From contig DASZHO010000051.1 of the NCBI GenBank assembly GCA_035937795.1, positions 35,290 through 99,289 on the forward strand: a stretch of 64,000 nt of DNA, read 5' to 3'. The translations under genes were made by a program, and so were the position numbers. Below, one piece after another: positions 17,946 through 26,425 of this stretch. Position 1 is the first letter of the stretch, and every line of letters starts with the position of its first letter. The notes beneath the pieces were generated by a model. That model ran no database searches. It had not been told where the DNA came from and saw only the letters and a list, made by a program, of their open reading frames with translations. The DNA is from Vicinamibacterales bacterium. Lineage in GTDB: Bacteria; Acidobacteriota; Vicinamibacteria; Vicinamibacterales; JAMQPK01.

Positions 17946-20900
17946 ATGTTTACTGACGTCTTCATCCGCCGCCCGATTCTGGCAACGGTCTGCTCTCTTC
18001 TCATCACGCTCGCCGGCGCCATCTCGATTCCGAACCTGCCCATCGGACGCTATCCCGAGCTCGCGCCGCCCTCGGTCTCGGTGGGCGCGTTTTACACCGG
18101 CGCCAACGCTGAGGCGGTGGAAAGCGCGGTCACGACGCCGATCGAGTCGGTGATCAACGGCGCGCAGGGCATGACCTACATGACCTCGGCCAGCACGAAC
18201 AGCGGCGTCAGTTCGATCACCGCGACATTCGAGATCGGGCGTGACGCCGACCTCGCTGCGGTCGACGTGCAGAACCGGGTGAACTCGTCGCTCGGGCGGT
18301 TGCCGGCGGAAGTGCGCACCAACGGCGTGACGGTCACGAAGAGCTCCTCCGGGTTTCTCGCGGCCCTCGGCTTTTACTCGGACAACAACCGCTACGACTC
18401 GCTCTTCATCAGCAACTATGTCGATCGGTATGTTCGAGACACCCTGAAGCGGGTGCCGGGCGTGGCCGACGTGATCATCTTCGGCGAACGCCGGTTCGCG
18501 ATGCGGCTGTGGCTGGATCCGAGCAAGCTCGCGGGCCGCGGCCTCACCGCGGGCGATGTCACGAACGCGCTCCGAGAGCAGAACGTGCAGGTGGCCGCCG
18601 GATCGGTCGGCGCGGAGCCTTCGTCATCCGATCAGATGTATCAGCTCAGCGTGCGCGCCGCCGGCCGCCTCTCCGAGGCGAATCAATTCGAAGACATCGT
18701 GGTGAAGACCGGCAAGGACGGCGCGCTGGTCCGCGTCAAGGACGTCGGCCGCGTGGAGCTCGGCGCCGAGGACTACTCGTCGCGGCTGCGCTTTGCCGGG
18801 GTCGAGGCCTCCGGCGTCGGCATCACGTTGCTCCCATCCGCCAACGCGCTGGAAACGTTTCGCGGCCTCATGGCGGAAATGAGCAGGCTCGATCAGCAGT
18901 TTCCTCCAGGCCTCAAGTGGCAGCTTGCCTTCGACAACGTGAGCATCGTGCGCGAATCGATCATCGAGGTGCTGATCACCCTGGCCGAGGCCATCGCGCT
19001 GGTCATTCTGGTGATGTTCCTGTTCCTGCAGAACTGGCGCAGCACGCTCATCCCGGCCATCACGATTCCCGTGTCGCTCGTCGGGACGTTCGCGTTCATA
19101 AAACTACTCGGCTTTTCCATCAACACGCTGACGCTCTTCGGCATCGTGCTCGCCACAGGCATCGTTGTCGACGATGCGATCGTCGTGATTGAGAATATCG
19201 AGCGCCACGTCGGCCAGTTCGGAAAGACCGCGCACGAAGCGGCCAGCGACGCCATGCGCGAGGTGTTCTCGGCGGTCGTCGTCATCGGCATCGTGCTGGT
19301 CTCGGTGTTCCTGCCGATCGCGTTCTTTCCCGGCACCACCGGCCGCATGTACCAGCAGTTTTCGATCACGATCACCTTCGCGGTGGTGCTGTCGGTGTTC
19401 AACGCCATCACGTTCACCCCCTCGCTTGCCGCGCTCCTGCTCGAAGGCGAAACCCACGAGCACGGCCGGTTCTTCACCGGGGTGAACCGCGTGATTGACG
19501 GCGGCACCGCTGTCTACGTCCGGACGGTGCACCGGGCGATCGGCTTCAAGTGGGTGATGCTGGCGGTGTTCGTCGCCGCGCTGGGCGCCACCTACGTGGT
19601 CTATCGCGCGGTTCCCGGCGCGTTCGTGCCGTCGGAAGACGAGGGGTACTTCATCACCATCGTGCAGGCGCCGTCGGGCGCGTCGATCGAGTACACGACC
19701 GACATCATGAAGCAGGCCGAAGCCCTCTACAACAAGCAGCCGGAGATTGCCGCCGTCTTCTCCGTCGCCGGATTCAGCTTCAGCGGCGCGGCGTCCAATG
19801 GCGGGCTGATGTTCGTCAGGCTGAAGGGGTTTGACGAACGCCAGGGCAAGGAGCATTCGCTCGAGACGGTGATTAACCGGGTGCGCGGCCCGCTGATGGG
19901 CATTCCGGGCGGGCTCATCATTCCAACCGCGCCGCCGCCGATTCAGGGTTTGTCGGCGTTCGGCGGCTTCCAGTTCGAGGTCCTCGATCTCGTGGGCGGC
20001 GACATCGGCCAGCTGGCGAGCGTCACCCAGCAGGTTGCCGCGGCCGGAAATCAGTCGGGCCGCGTCGCCGGACTGTTCTCGAGCTTCACCGCGAACGATC
20101 CGCAGCTGGTCGTGACGGTCGATCGCGATCGCGCGCGCAGCCTCGGGCTGCCGATCAGCCAGGTCACCGACGCGCTGACCGTGCTCCTTGGCTCGCAGTA
20201 CGTGAACGACTTCGACTTCAACAATCGCGCGTACCGGGTTTACGTCCAGGGCGACGAACGGTTCCGCGCCAAGCCCGACGATTTGAAGCAGTACTACGCG
20301 CGCGCCTCCAACGGCGACATGGTGCCGCTGTCGTCAGTCGTGAAGCTGAGCGAAACCACCGCGCCGTCAGTCATCAATCACTTCAATCTGTTCCGGTCGA
20401 CCGAGATCACCGGGTCGGCAGTGCCGGGCGTGAGCTCGGGCCAGGCGCTCCAGATCATGAGCGACATCGCTCATAACGCGCTGCCGCAAGGGTTCGACTT
20501 CGCATGGGCCGGGCTGTCGCTGGAAGAGATCAAGTCGGGGTCGCAGGCCATCTACCTGTTCGCGCTCAGCATCCTGCTGGTGTATCTGGTGCTGGCGGCG
20601 CAATACGAAAGCTGGATTCTACCGCTCATCATCCTGCTGGGCGTGCCGCTGGCGGTCTTCGGCGCGCTCAGCGCGCAGTACCTGCGCGGGTTCTCCAACG
20701 ACGTGTTCTGCCAGGTCGGGCTCGTGATGCTGATCGGGCTGGCGGCGAAGAACTCGATCCTGATCGTGGAGTTTGCCGAGCAGCTTCGCGGGCAGGGCCG
20801 CTCGATCGTGGATGCCGCGATCGAGTCGGCGCGCATCCGGCTGCGGCCGATTCTCATGACCTCGTTCGCATTCATCCTCGGCGTGCTGCCGCTGGCGCTG

Positions 20901-21080
20901 GCGACCGGCGCTGGATCGGGCGCACGCAATTCGGTGGGCACGGCCGTGGCCGGCGGCATGCTGGCCAGCACGTTCCTGTCAATCGTCTTCATCCCGGTTC
21001 TCTATGTCATCATTCGAACGATTGCGCCGGGCAAGATCCGGCATTCGGCCGCGCCGGTGGAAGGAGCCGCGCATGCGTAA
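17946..21080 (+). CDS. RND (HAE1/AcrB-type) efflux permease
   Basis: 1044 aa. The N-terminus MFTDVFIRRPILATVCSLLITLAGAISIPNLPIGRYPELAPPSVSV is a canonical AcrB start. The 12-TM architecture has two large periplasmic loops. Confidence 0.95.
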   Translation: MFTDVFIRRPILATVCSLLITLAGAISIPNLPIGRYPELAPPSVSVGAFYTGANAEAVESAVTTPIESVINGAQGMTYMTSASTNSGVSSITATFEIGRDADLAAVDVQNRVNSSLGRLPAEVRTNGVTVTKSSSGFLAALGFYSDNNRYDSLFISNYVDRYVRDTLKRVPGVADVIIFGERRFAMRLWLDPSKLAGRGLTAGDVTNALREQNVQVAAGSVGAEPSSSDQMYQLSVRAAGRLSEANQFEDIVVKTGKDGALVRVKDVGRVELGAEDYSSRLRFAGVEASGVGITLLPSANALETFRGLMAEMSRLDQQFPPGLKWQLAFDNVSIVRESIIEVLITLAEAIALVILVMFLFLQNWRSTLIPAITIPVSLVGTFAFIKLLGFSINTLTLFGIVLATGIVVDDAIVVIENIERHVGQFGKTAHEAASDAMREVFSAVVVIGIVLVSVFLPIAFFPGTTGRMYQQFSITITFAVVLSVFNAITFTPSLAALLLEGETHEHGRFFTGVNRVIDGGTAVYVRTVHRAIGFKWVMLAVFVAALGATYVVYRAVPGAFVPSEDEGYFITIVQAPSGASIEYTTDIMKQAEALYNKQPEIAAVFSVAGFSFSGAASNGGLMFVRLKGFDERQGKEHSLETVINRVRGPLMGIPGGLIIPTAPPPIQGLSAFGGFQFEVLDLVGGDIGQLASVTQQVAAAGNQSGRVAGLFSSFTANDPQLVVTVDRDRARSLGLPISQVTDALTVLLGSQYVNDFDFNNRAYRVYVQGDERFRAKPDDLKQYYARASNGDMVPLSSVVKLSETTAPSVINHFNLFRSTEITGSAVPGVSSGQALQIMSDIAHNALPQGFDFAWAGLSLEEIKSGSQAIYLFALSILLVYLVLAAQYESWILPLIILLGVPLAVFGALSAQYLRGFSNDVFCQVGLVMLIGLAAKNSILIVEFAEQLRGQGRSIVDAAIESARIRLRPILMTSFAFILGVLPLALATGAGSGARNSVGTAVAGGMLASTFLSIVFIPVLYVIIRTIAPGKIRHSAAPVEGAAHA

Positions 21081-22386
21081 GCGTGTCCTGCCGGCTGGCG
21101 CGGTGTTGATGGCCACGATCCTGGCGGCCGCCGCGCCGGCACAGGCGCAAACGCCGCCAGCGCAAGCGCCGCCAGCGCCACAGATGGAGAGCGTGTCGTT
21201 CGAAGAGGCCGTTGAGCGTGCGTTGAAGAACAACCCGACGATTGCGCAGGCCGCCGAAGCCGTGCTGCGCGCGGAGGGGCTGCTGCGGCAGGCGCGCGCG
21301 GCGACGCGGCCGGCGGTGAACGCCACTCTCAGCAATACAACGCTCAACACCGGCACCTCGTTCAACGGCATCGTCGTGATACCCCGCAACCAGTCGACAA
21401 TTTCCGGCGATCTCAGCATGCCGGTGCTGGCGCCGGCGCGGTGGGCGGCGGCCAGCCAGGCGCGCGATCAGGTCGAGGTCGCCAACCTGTCGACCGCGGA
21501 TACGCGAAAACAGATCGCCGCGGCTACCGGGCAGGCCTATCTTGCCGTTATCACTCAGCACCGCCAGCTCGAGGTGAATCAGCGCGCACTTGACGCCGCG
21601 AGGGCGCATCTCGACTACGCACAGCGATTGCTCGCGCAAGGCGCTGGCACGCGCCTGAACGAGCTGCGCGCGGCTCAGGAAGTAACGTCAGACGAGGCGC
21701 GGCTGGAAGATGCGGGGCTCGCCGTCCGGCGAGCGCAGGAGGCCCTCGGCGTGCTGATCGCAGCCAATGGACCGGTGGACGCGGCGACCGAGCCGACGTT
21801 CGACATTCCGCCCGCGACGGCCGTCGCCGACGAAACATCGTGGATGGCCACACGCACCGACGTGCGGCTTTCGACGGCCACCGAGCGCGCCTTCGAGCGC
21901 GTGTGGCACGACAGCCGCAAGGACTATTACCCCAATGTCACCGCGGCGTTCGATCCGCAGGCGCTCGCGCCCAGCGGTGCGTTTGCTCCATCCAGAAGCT
22001 GGCGTTTCACGGTTTCCCTCTCGCAGCCGATTTTCGACAGCGGCCAGCGGAGCGGCCTCGCGAAGGTCCGCGAGGCGGCCGCCAAAACCTCGCAGTTTGC
22101 GCTCACAAGCGTCCAGATTCAGGCGCGATCCGAAGTGCGGCTGGCGCAGGAAACGATTCGAAGCACCGAGCGCTCGCTTGCCAGCCAGCGGCTTGCCGCG
22201 CAGCAGGCCGGCGAGGTGTTGAGCATCACCAACACTGCCTTCCAAGCGGGCGCGACGACCAACCTCGAAGTCATTGACGCGCAACGATCGGCGAGAGACG
22301 CGGAGGCGGAAGCGGAGATTGCGGCCGACGCGGTCCGACGCGCGCGGCTGGATTTGCTGACCGCGCTGGGGAAGTTCCCTCAGTAG
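21073..22386 (+). CDS. TolC-family outer membrane factor
   Basis: The start is set at ATG 21073 (MRKRVLPAGAVLMATILAAAAPAQA), overlapping the pump stop (ATGCGTAA). The sequence has tandem TolC-type helical repeats and is the last gene of the efflux operon. Confidence 0.85.
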   Translation: MRKRVLPAGAVLMATILAAAAPAQAQTPPAQAPPAPQMESVSFEEAVERALKNNPTIAQAAEAVLRAEGLLRQARAATRPAVNATLSNTTLNTGTSFNGIVVIPRNQSTISGDLSMPVLAPARWAAASQARDQVEVANLSTADTRKQIAAATGQAYLAVITQHRQLEVNQRALDAARAHLDYAQRLLAQGAGTRLNELRAAQEVTSDEARLEDAGLAVRRAQEALGVLIAANGPVDAATEPTFDIPPATAVADETSWMATRTDVRLSTATERAFERVWHDSRKDYYPNVTAAFDPQALAPSGAFAPSRSWRFTVSLSQPIFDSGQRSGLAKVREAAAKTSQFALTSVQIQARSEVRLAQETIRSTERSLASQRLAAQQAGEVLSITNTAFQAGATTNLEVIDAQRSARDAEAEAEIAADAVRRARLDLLTALGKFPQ

Positions 22387-22425
22387 GCTGTAGGCTCTCG
22401 GCTCTCGGCTCTAATCTCAGGATCA
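22384..22425. repeat. Heptamer tandem array (TAGGCTG TAGGCTC TCGGCTC TCGGCTC TAATCTC AGGATCA)
   Basis: It begins exactly with the TAG stop of the TolC gene and ends 10 nt before the SDR start codon. Confidence 0.8.
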
Positions 22426-22435
22426 GGGAGTACGC

Positions 22436-23167
22436 ATGGATCTGGCCAATAACACCGTGGTCGTCACGGGCGGGGCATCGGGCATCGGGCTCGCACTTGC
22501 CGAACGATTCTTGAAGTCGGGCAGCAACGTGATTATCTGTGGCAGGCGCGCGCAAAAGTTGCGCGAGGCGCGGGCCACGCATCCTGGTTTCAAGGCGCAG
22601 GTCGCGGACGTCAGTACGGCGTCCGGCCGGGAGGCACTCGCCGCCTGGGTGGTGAAAGAGTTTCCGCAGACGAACATCCTCGTGAACAACGCGGGGATTC
22701 AGCGCCGCATACGGCTTGCCGACAGCGAGCCGTGGGAGCAGACCCACCAGGAAATCGCCGCGAATCTCGAAGCCCCCATTCATCTGTCCCGCCTGTTCAT
22801 CCCGCACCTGCTGACGCTGCAGCGGGCCGCCATCGTCAACGTGACGTCGGGCCTGTCGTTCTTGCCGCTGGCGGCAGTGCCGGTGTACTGCGCGACCAAG
22901 GCTGCGCTGCATTCCTACACGCTGTCGCTGCGGCAGCAGCTCAAGGACACACCAATTCGAGTGGTCGAAATCATCCCGCCGGCGGTCGACACCGACCTGG
23001 GGGGTCCCGGCCTGCACACGTTCGGCGCGAACGTGAACGAGTTCGCCGACGATGTGATGGAGAAGGTTCAGGCGGGGGCAGCCGAAGCCGCATACGGATT
23101 TTCCGAACAAGCCAGCCACGCCTCGCGCGAGGAGCTCGACGCTATCTTCCAGCGGATGAACGAGTAA
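22436..23167 (+). CDS. Short-chain dehydrogenase/reductase (SDR)
   Basis: TGGASGIGLALAERF cofactor motif, NNAG, and YCATKAA (YxxxK catalytic motif). Confidence 0.85.
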   Translation: MDLANNTVVVTGGASGIGLALAERFLKSGSNVIICGRRAQKLREARATHPGFKAQVADVSTASGREALAAWVVKEFPQTNILVNNAGIQRRIRLADSEPWEQTHQEIAANLEAPIHLSRLFIPHLLTLQRAAIVNVTSGLSFLPLAAVPVYCATKAALHSYTLSLRQQLKDTPIRVVEIIPPAVDTDLGGPGLHTFGANVNEFADDVMEKVQAGAAEAAYGFSEQASHASREELDAIFQRMNE

Positions 23168-23250
23168 CGGCGCTTCCGGGCGTCCGCGCCAGCCCGGTGG
23201 CTCCTTTCCCACCCTGGCTCCTCTTTCCACTCCGGCGACTCGCCCACCCT

Positions 23251-23277
23251 GCAACCCTGGGGTCCCCGTTCCCGTAG
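23251..23277 (+). promoter_or_regulatory. Candidate ECF-type promoter (GCAAC-N17-CGTA) upstream of the ECF sigma gene
   Basis: The sequence tgcAACcctggggtccccgttccCGTAg lies about 35 nt upstream of the sigma start. The AAC-N16/17-CGT spacing resembles autoregulated ECF promoters. This is a weak pattern match only. Confidence 0.25.
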
Positions 23278-23312
23278 ATCGAAGAGGAAGCAAACGTGGA
23301 CAATGAGCGAGG

Positions 23313-23861
23313 TTGGTGGCTGCTACAGACGGTGAGCTGGTCGAGGGAGCGCTCGCGGGGTCCGAGCATGCGTTCCGGGACCTGGTCCGCCGCCACGAGC
23401 GCGCGGTGTTCGGGGTCATCGTGCGCGTGCTCCGCAACCCCTCGCGGGCCGAGGAGCTGGCGCAGGACACCTTCGTGAAGGCCTTTCGCGCCCTCCACAC
23501 CTACGACTCCAACCGAAAGTTCTCGGCGTGGCTTCTGACGATCGCCCATCACACGGCAATCGACGAAGTGCGCAAACATACGATCGAGGCCGGCGAACTG
23601 GATCCGCAAATGCCGGATCGCGCGCAGCCGACGCCCCATCAATCGGCCGAACGCGCAGAGCTGGCGGCGGTGCTCCGGACTGCCATCGGCCGGCTGCGTC
23701 CCGAGTATCGCGAGCTGGTGTCGCTGAAATACGAACAGGAGCTAGAGTACGAGGAGATCGTGGAAATCACCGGCCTGCCGATGGGCACGGTGAAGAGCTC
23801 GCTGCACCGCGCGCGCAAGGAGCTGGTCGAACACCTCGACGAGCTGGGATGGAGGCACTGA
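23313..23861 (+). CDS. ECF (sigma-70 family group 4) RNA polymerase sigma factor
   Basis: Region 2 (FRDLVRRHERAVFGVIVRVLRNPSRAEELAQDTFVKAF) and region 4 (YRELVSLKYEQELEYEEIVEITGLPMGTVKSSLHRARKEL) are both recognisable. The start is an alternative TTG/GTG codon. Confidence 0.85.
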   Translation: MVAATDGELVEGALAGSEHAFRDLVRRHERAVFGVIVRVLRNPSRAEELAQDTFVKAFRALHTYDSNRKFSAWLLTIAHHTAIDEVRKHTIEAGELDPQMPDRAQPTPHQSAERAELAAVLRTAIGRLRPEYRELVSLKYEQELEYEEIVEITGLPMGTVKSSLHRARKELVEHLDELGWRH

Positions 23862-23864
23862 CCC

Positions 23865-24371
23865 GTGACTGAGCAGGAATGGGATGAGCTGAAAGGGCGG
23901 GAGCTCGACGACAGCCTCGCCGCGCTGTTCAGAGCCGTCGACGCGCCGAAGCCGCTGCCGGGATTCACGTCGCGCACGATGAAAGCGGTGCGCCGCGAAC
24001 CGCTACCGGAGGGGCGTCGGGCGCTTCGCCATCCGCTGCTGGCGCCGCTGGGCTGGGCCGCGGCCATCACCGTGGCGATGGCCGCGGCTTATCTCGTCCT
24101 GACGACTCAGCCGGCGGTCGCCGAGTCGTTCGCGCGGCTGCTCGCCGCCGGGGTGCGGCTCGTCATGTGGCTGCCGCAGCTCATCGGGTCCGCAGCGACC
24201 TTCTTCGGTGTGTTCACCACTGCCGGTTTCGCCGTCGCGCGCGCCGTCGTCACCCGGGAAGGCACCATCAGTCTGACTGTGATAGCCGCCGTTGCGGCGC
24301 TGTCGCTCGCGGCGCTGCGACGGCTGTTGATATCTGAAAGCGAGGCACCTCCATGGCAAGAGCTCTCATAA
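23865..24371 (+). CDS. Putative membrane anti-sigma factor
   Basis: It starts 4 nt after the sigma stop. It has a short cytoplasmic N-terminus followed by several hydrophobic helices. The call is by position only, and no ZAS motif was seen. Confidence 0.4.
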   Translation: MTEQEWDELKGRELDDSLAALFRAVDAPKPLPGFTSRTMKAVRREPLPEGRRALRHPLLAPLGWAAAITVAMAAAYLVLTTQPAVAESFARLLAAGVRLVMWLPQLIGSAATFFGVFTTAGFAVARAVVTREGTISLTVIAAVAALSLAALRRLLISESEAPPWQELS

Positions 24372-25714
24372 CGGCGGCACTGCTGGCGATCTTTGCCGGC
24401 GCTCCGTCTTATTCCATTTCCGCGCAGACTTCGCAGACCAGAGGCTCGGTGGCAGCGGCCGCCGGGGATCTGAAAGCGCTGCAAACCCGTTTGCAGCAGC
24501 GCTTCGACCTGCTGCCGATCGCCGACGGCGTCGTCTTGAGGCCACGATTTGCCACGCCGGTCCGCTCGATCCAAGTCACGAACACGGCGATCGCCGTCGA
24601 CGGCACGACGGTCACCGGCGCGGAGCTGCGCCAGAAGCTGGGCGGCGATGCGGATTTGATCTTCCAGCTCTCGTACCTTGACGAACCCTCGCGCCGCACG
24701 CTGCTTGGCCTGGGTGAAGCGCCCGCGACGGCCGATCAAGCGAAGCCGGCGGCGCCCGAAGCCGCGCCTGACATCTCACGCCCGAAAACGCGGGACGATA
24801 TCGTGCGCATCGGGGGCAGCGTCACCGTCGCGCGAGACGAGCACGTCACAGGCGACGTGGTAGCGATCGGCGGCAGCGCCAGCGTCGACGGTCAGGTTGA
24901 TGGCGAAGTGGTCGTCGTCGGCGGCTCGCTCACGCTCGGCCCCCATGCCAACATCAGGCACGACGTCACGGTGGTGGGAGGCACGCTGTCGAGGGACCCG
25001 AACGCGATCGTGTCGGGCAAAGTGGATGAAGTGGGTCTGGGCGGCGTGCCGTTCGGCGGCGTGCCGTTCGGCGGCGGCGTGCTCAGGCGCGGCCCGAGGC
25101 TGTATAGCTGGCCCGGATCTGCGATTGGACCCGTCGTCGGATTCGGCGGAACGATCGTCCGGGTCGTGCTCCTGATGCTTTTCGCAGCGCTGGTGCTGCT
25201 GCTGGGGCGCCCTTATGTCGAGCAGATCGCCGAGCGGGCGGCGGCCGAGCCGGTGAAATCGTGGCTCGTGGGGTTCCTTGCGGAGATTCTGTTCGTGCCG
25301 ATGCTCGTGCTCACGGTGGTGGTGCTGGCGGTTTCAATCATCGGCATCCCGTTGCTGCTGCTGGTGCCTGTCGCCATCGTCGCCTTCTGCGTCGTGGCGC
25401 TGGTTGGCTTCACCGGCATCGCCTATCACATCGGCGGAATGCTGCAGGGCCACTTCGAACAACTTCGCACGCGGCCGTACGCCGCCATGCTGGCCGGCAT
25501 CCTCGTCATCGTGTCTCCGGTGCTCGTCGCGCGGCTCGTCGGCCTGACCGGCCAGCTGGGATTCATCGCCGGCATCCTCGTGGTGATGGGCCTCATCGCG
25601 GAGTACCTTGCGTGGACCACGGGGCTGGGCGCCGCCGCGCTGGCCAGGTTCGATCGGCCGCGGCCGGCGCCACCGGCGCCGAATACCCAGGTGGTCAGGG
25701 TGGAGGGACCGTAG
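24353..25714 (+). CDS. Membrane protein with a signal peptide, a bactofilin-like beta-helix repeat region and a C-terminal polytopic domain
   Basis: Signal peptide (MARALITAALLAIFAGAPSYSISAQ). The repeats VTGDVVAIGGSASVDGQVDGEVVVVGGSLTLGPHANIRHDVTVVGGTLS are typical of polymer-forming/bactofilin-like folds. At least four hydrophobic helices follow. It overlaps the preceding gene by 19 nt. Confidence 0.5.
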   Translation: MARALITAALLAIFAGAPSYSISAQTSQTRGSVAAAAGDLKALQTRLQQRFDLLPIADGVVLRPRFATPVRSIQVTNTAIAVDGTTVTGAELRQKLGGDADLIFQLSYLDEPSRRTLLGLGEAPATADQAKPAAPEAAPDISRPKTRDDIVRIGGSVTVARDEHVTGDVVAIGGSASVDGQVDGEVVVVGGSLTLGPHANIRHDVTVVGGTLSRDPNAIVSGKVDEVGLGGVPFGGVPFGGGVLRRGPRLYSWPGSAIGPVVGFGGTIVRVVLLMLFAALVLLLGRPYVEQIAERAAAEPVKSWLVGFLAEILFVPMLVLTVVVLAVSIIGIPLLLLVPVAIVAFCVVALVGFTGIAYHIGGMLQGHFEQLRTRPYAAMLAGILVIVSPVLVARLVGLTGQLGFIAGILVVMGLIAEYLAWTTGLGAAALARFDRPRPAPPAPNTQVVRVEGP

Positions 25715-25731
25715 CACACCCTGGCAATCTC

Positions 25732-25756
25732 ATGACCGGTCATATAGACTGGTCAT
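25732..25756 (+). promoter_or_regulatory. Candidate toxin-antitoxin operator: perfect palindrome ATGACCGGTCAT plus an extra GGTCAT half-site abutting the antitoxin ATG
   Basis: The sequence is catgaccggtcatatagactggtcatATG. The palindrome is at 25732-25743 and the third half-site at 25751-25756. No Shine-Dalgarno is visible, and a TATAGA hexamer ends 8 nt before the ATG. Confidence 0.45.
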
Positions 25757-25987
25757 ATGAAAATTACCGCGACGGACTTCAAGGCCCGTTGCCTCAAGCT
25801 CATCGATCAGGTCCGAGAGCGCGGCGAGCCGATCGTGATCACCAAGCGAGGGCGGGTCGTCGCCACACTCGAGCCGGCAGGCGAACTCGACGAACAGCCA
25901 TGGCGGCGGCTGCGCGGCACCGCTCGGTGGCACGGCGACCCCTTGGCCCCAGCCATCTCAGAAAAAGAGATCAGTGCGCTGAAATGA
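25757..25987 (+). CDS. Phd/YefM-family type II antitoxin
   Basis: MKITATDFKARCLKLIDQVRERGEPIVITKRGRVVATLEP is the canonical Phd/YefM N-terminus. The stop overlaps the toxin start (ATGA). Confidence 0.8.
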   Translation: MKITATDFKARCLKLIDQVRERGEPIVITKRGRVVATLEPAGELDEQPWRRLRGTARWHGDPLAPAISEKEISALK

Positions 25988-26391
25988 GCGCCGCGCCGTT
26001 GCTGGACACGCACGCATGGGTGTGGTGGGTCGATGGCGATCGACGGCTCGGCGAATCGGCGATCGCATCGCTCGGCGCCCTGCCTGCCGACGATCGCCCC
26101 TACGTGGCGGACATCAGCTTGTGGGAAGTGGCCACCCTCGTCGAGCGTGGCCGTCTCGAATTTTCCCTGCCGTTGGCCGCCTGGCTGGAAGCGGCGGCCC
26201 ACCCCCGCTCGGTACGCGTGGTACCGGTCACTCCCGCTATTGCCGCGGAAACAGCCGGCTTACCGGACACCTTTCATCGAGACCCCGCCGACAGACTCAT
26301 CGTGGCGACGTCACGGGTGCTGCACATTCCCCTGCTGACCAAAGACCGGGGCATCATCCAATCCCGGCTGGTCTCCAGGTGGTCTCCCTGA
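25984..26391 (+). CDS. vapC: PIN-domain VapC-family toxin
   Basis: The start is set at ATG 25984 within a longer track ORF. MSAAPLLDTHAWVWW carries the first PIN Asp. SLWEVATL and DPADRLIVATS supply further conserved acidic positions. Length is 135 aa. Confidence 0.8.
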   Translation: MSAAPLLDTHAWVWWVDGDRRLGESAIASLGALPADDRPYVADISLWEVATLVERGRLEFSLPLAAWLEAAAHPRSVRVVPVTPAIAAETAGLPDTFHRDPADRLIVATSRVLHIPLLTKDRGIIQSRLVSRWSP

Positions 26392-26425
26392 CCTTCCGCA
26401 TATCCGCTGTACAATTTCCTCCGGC

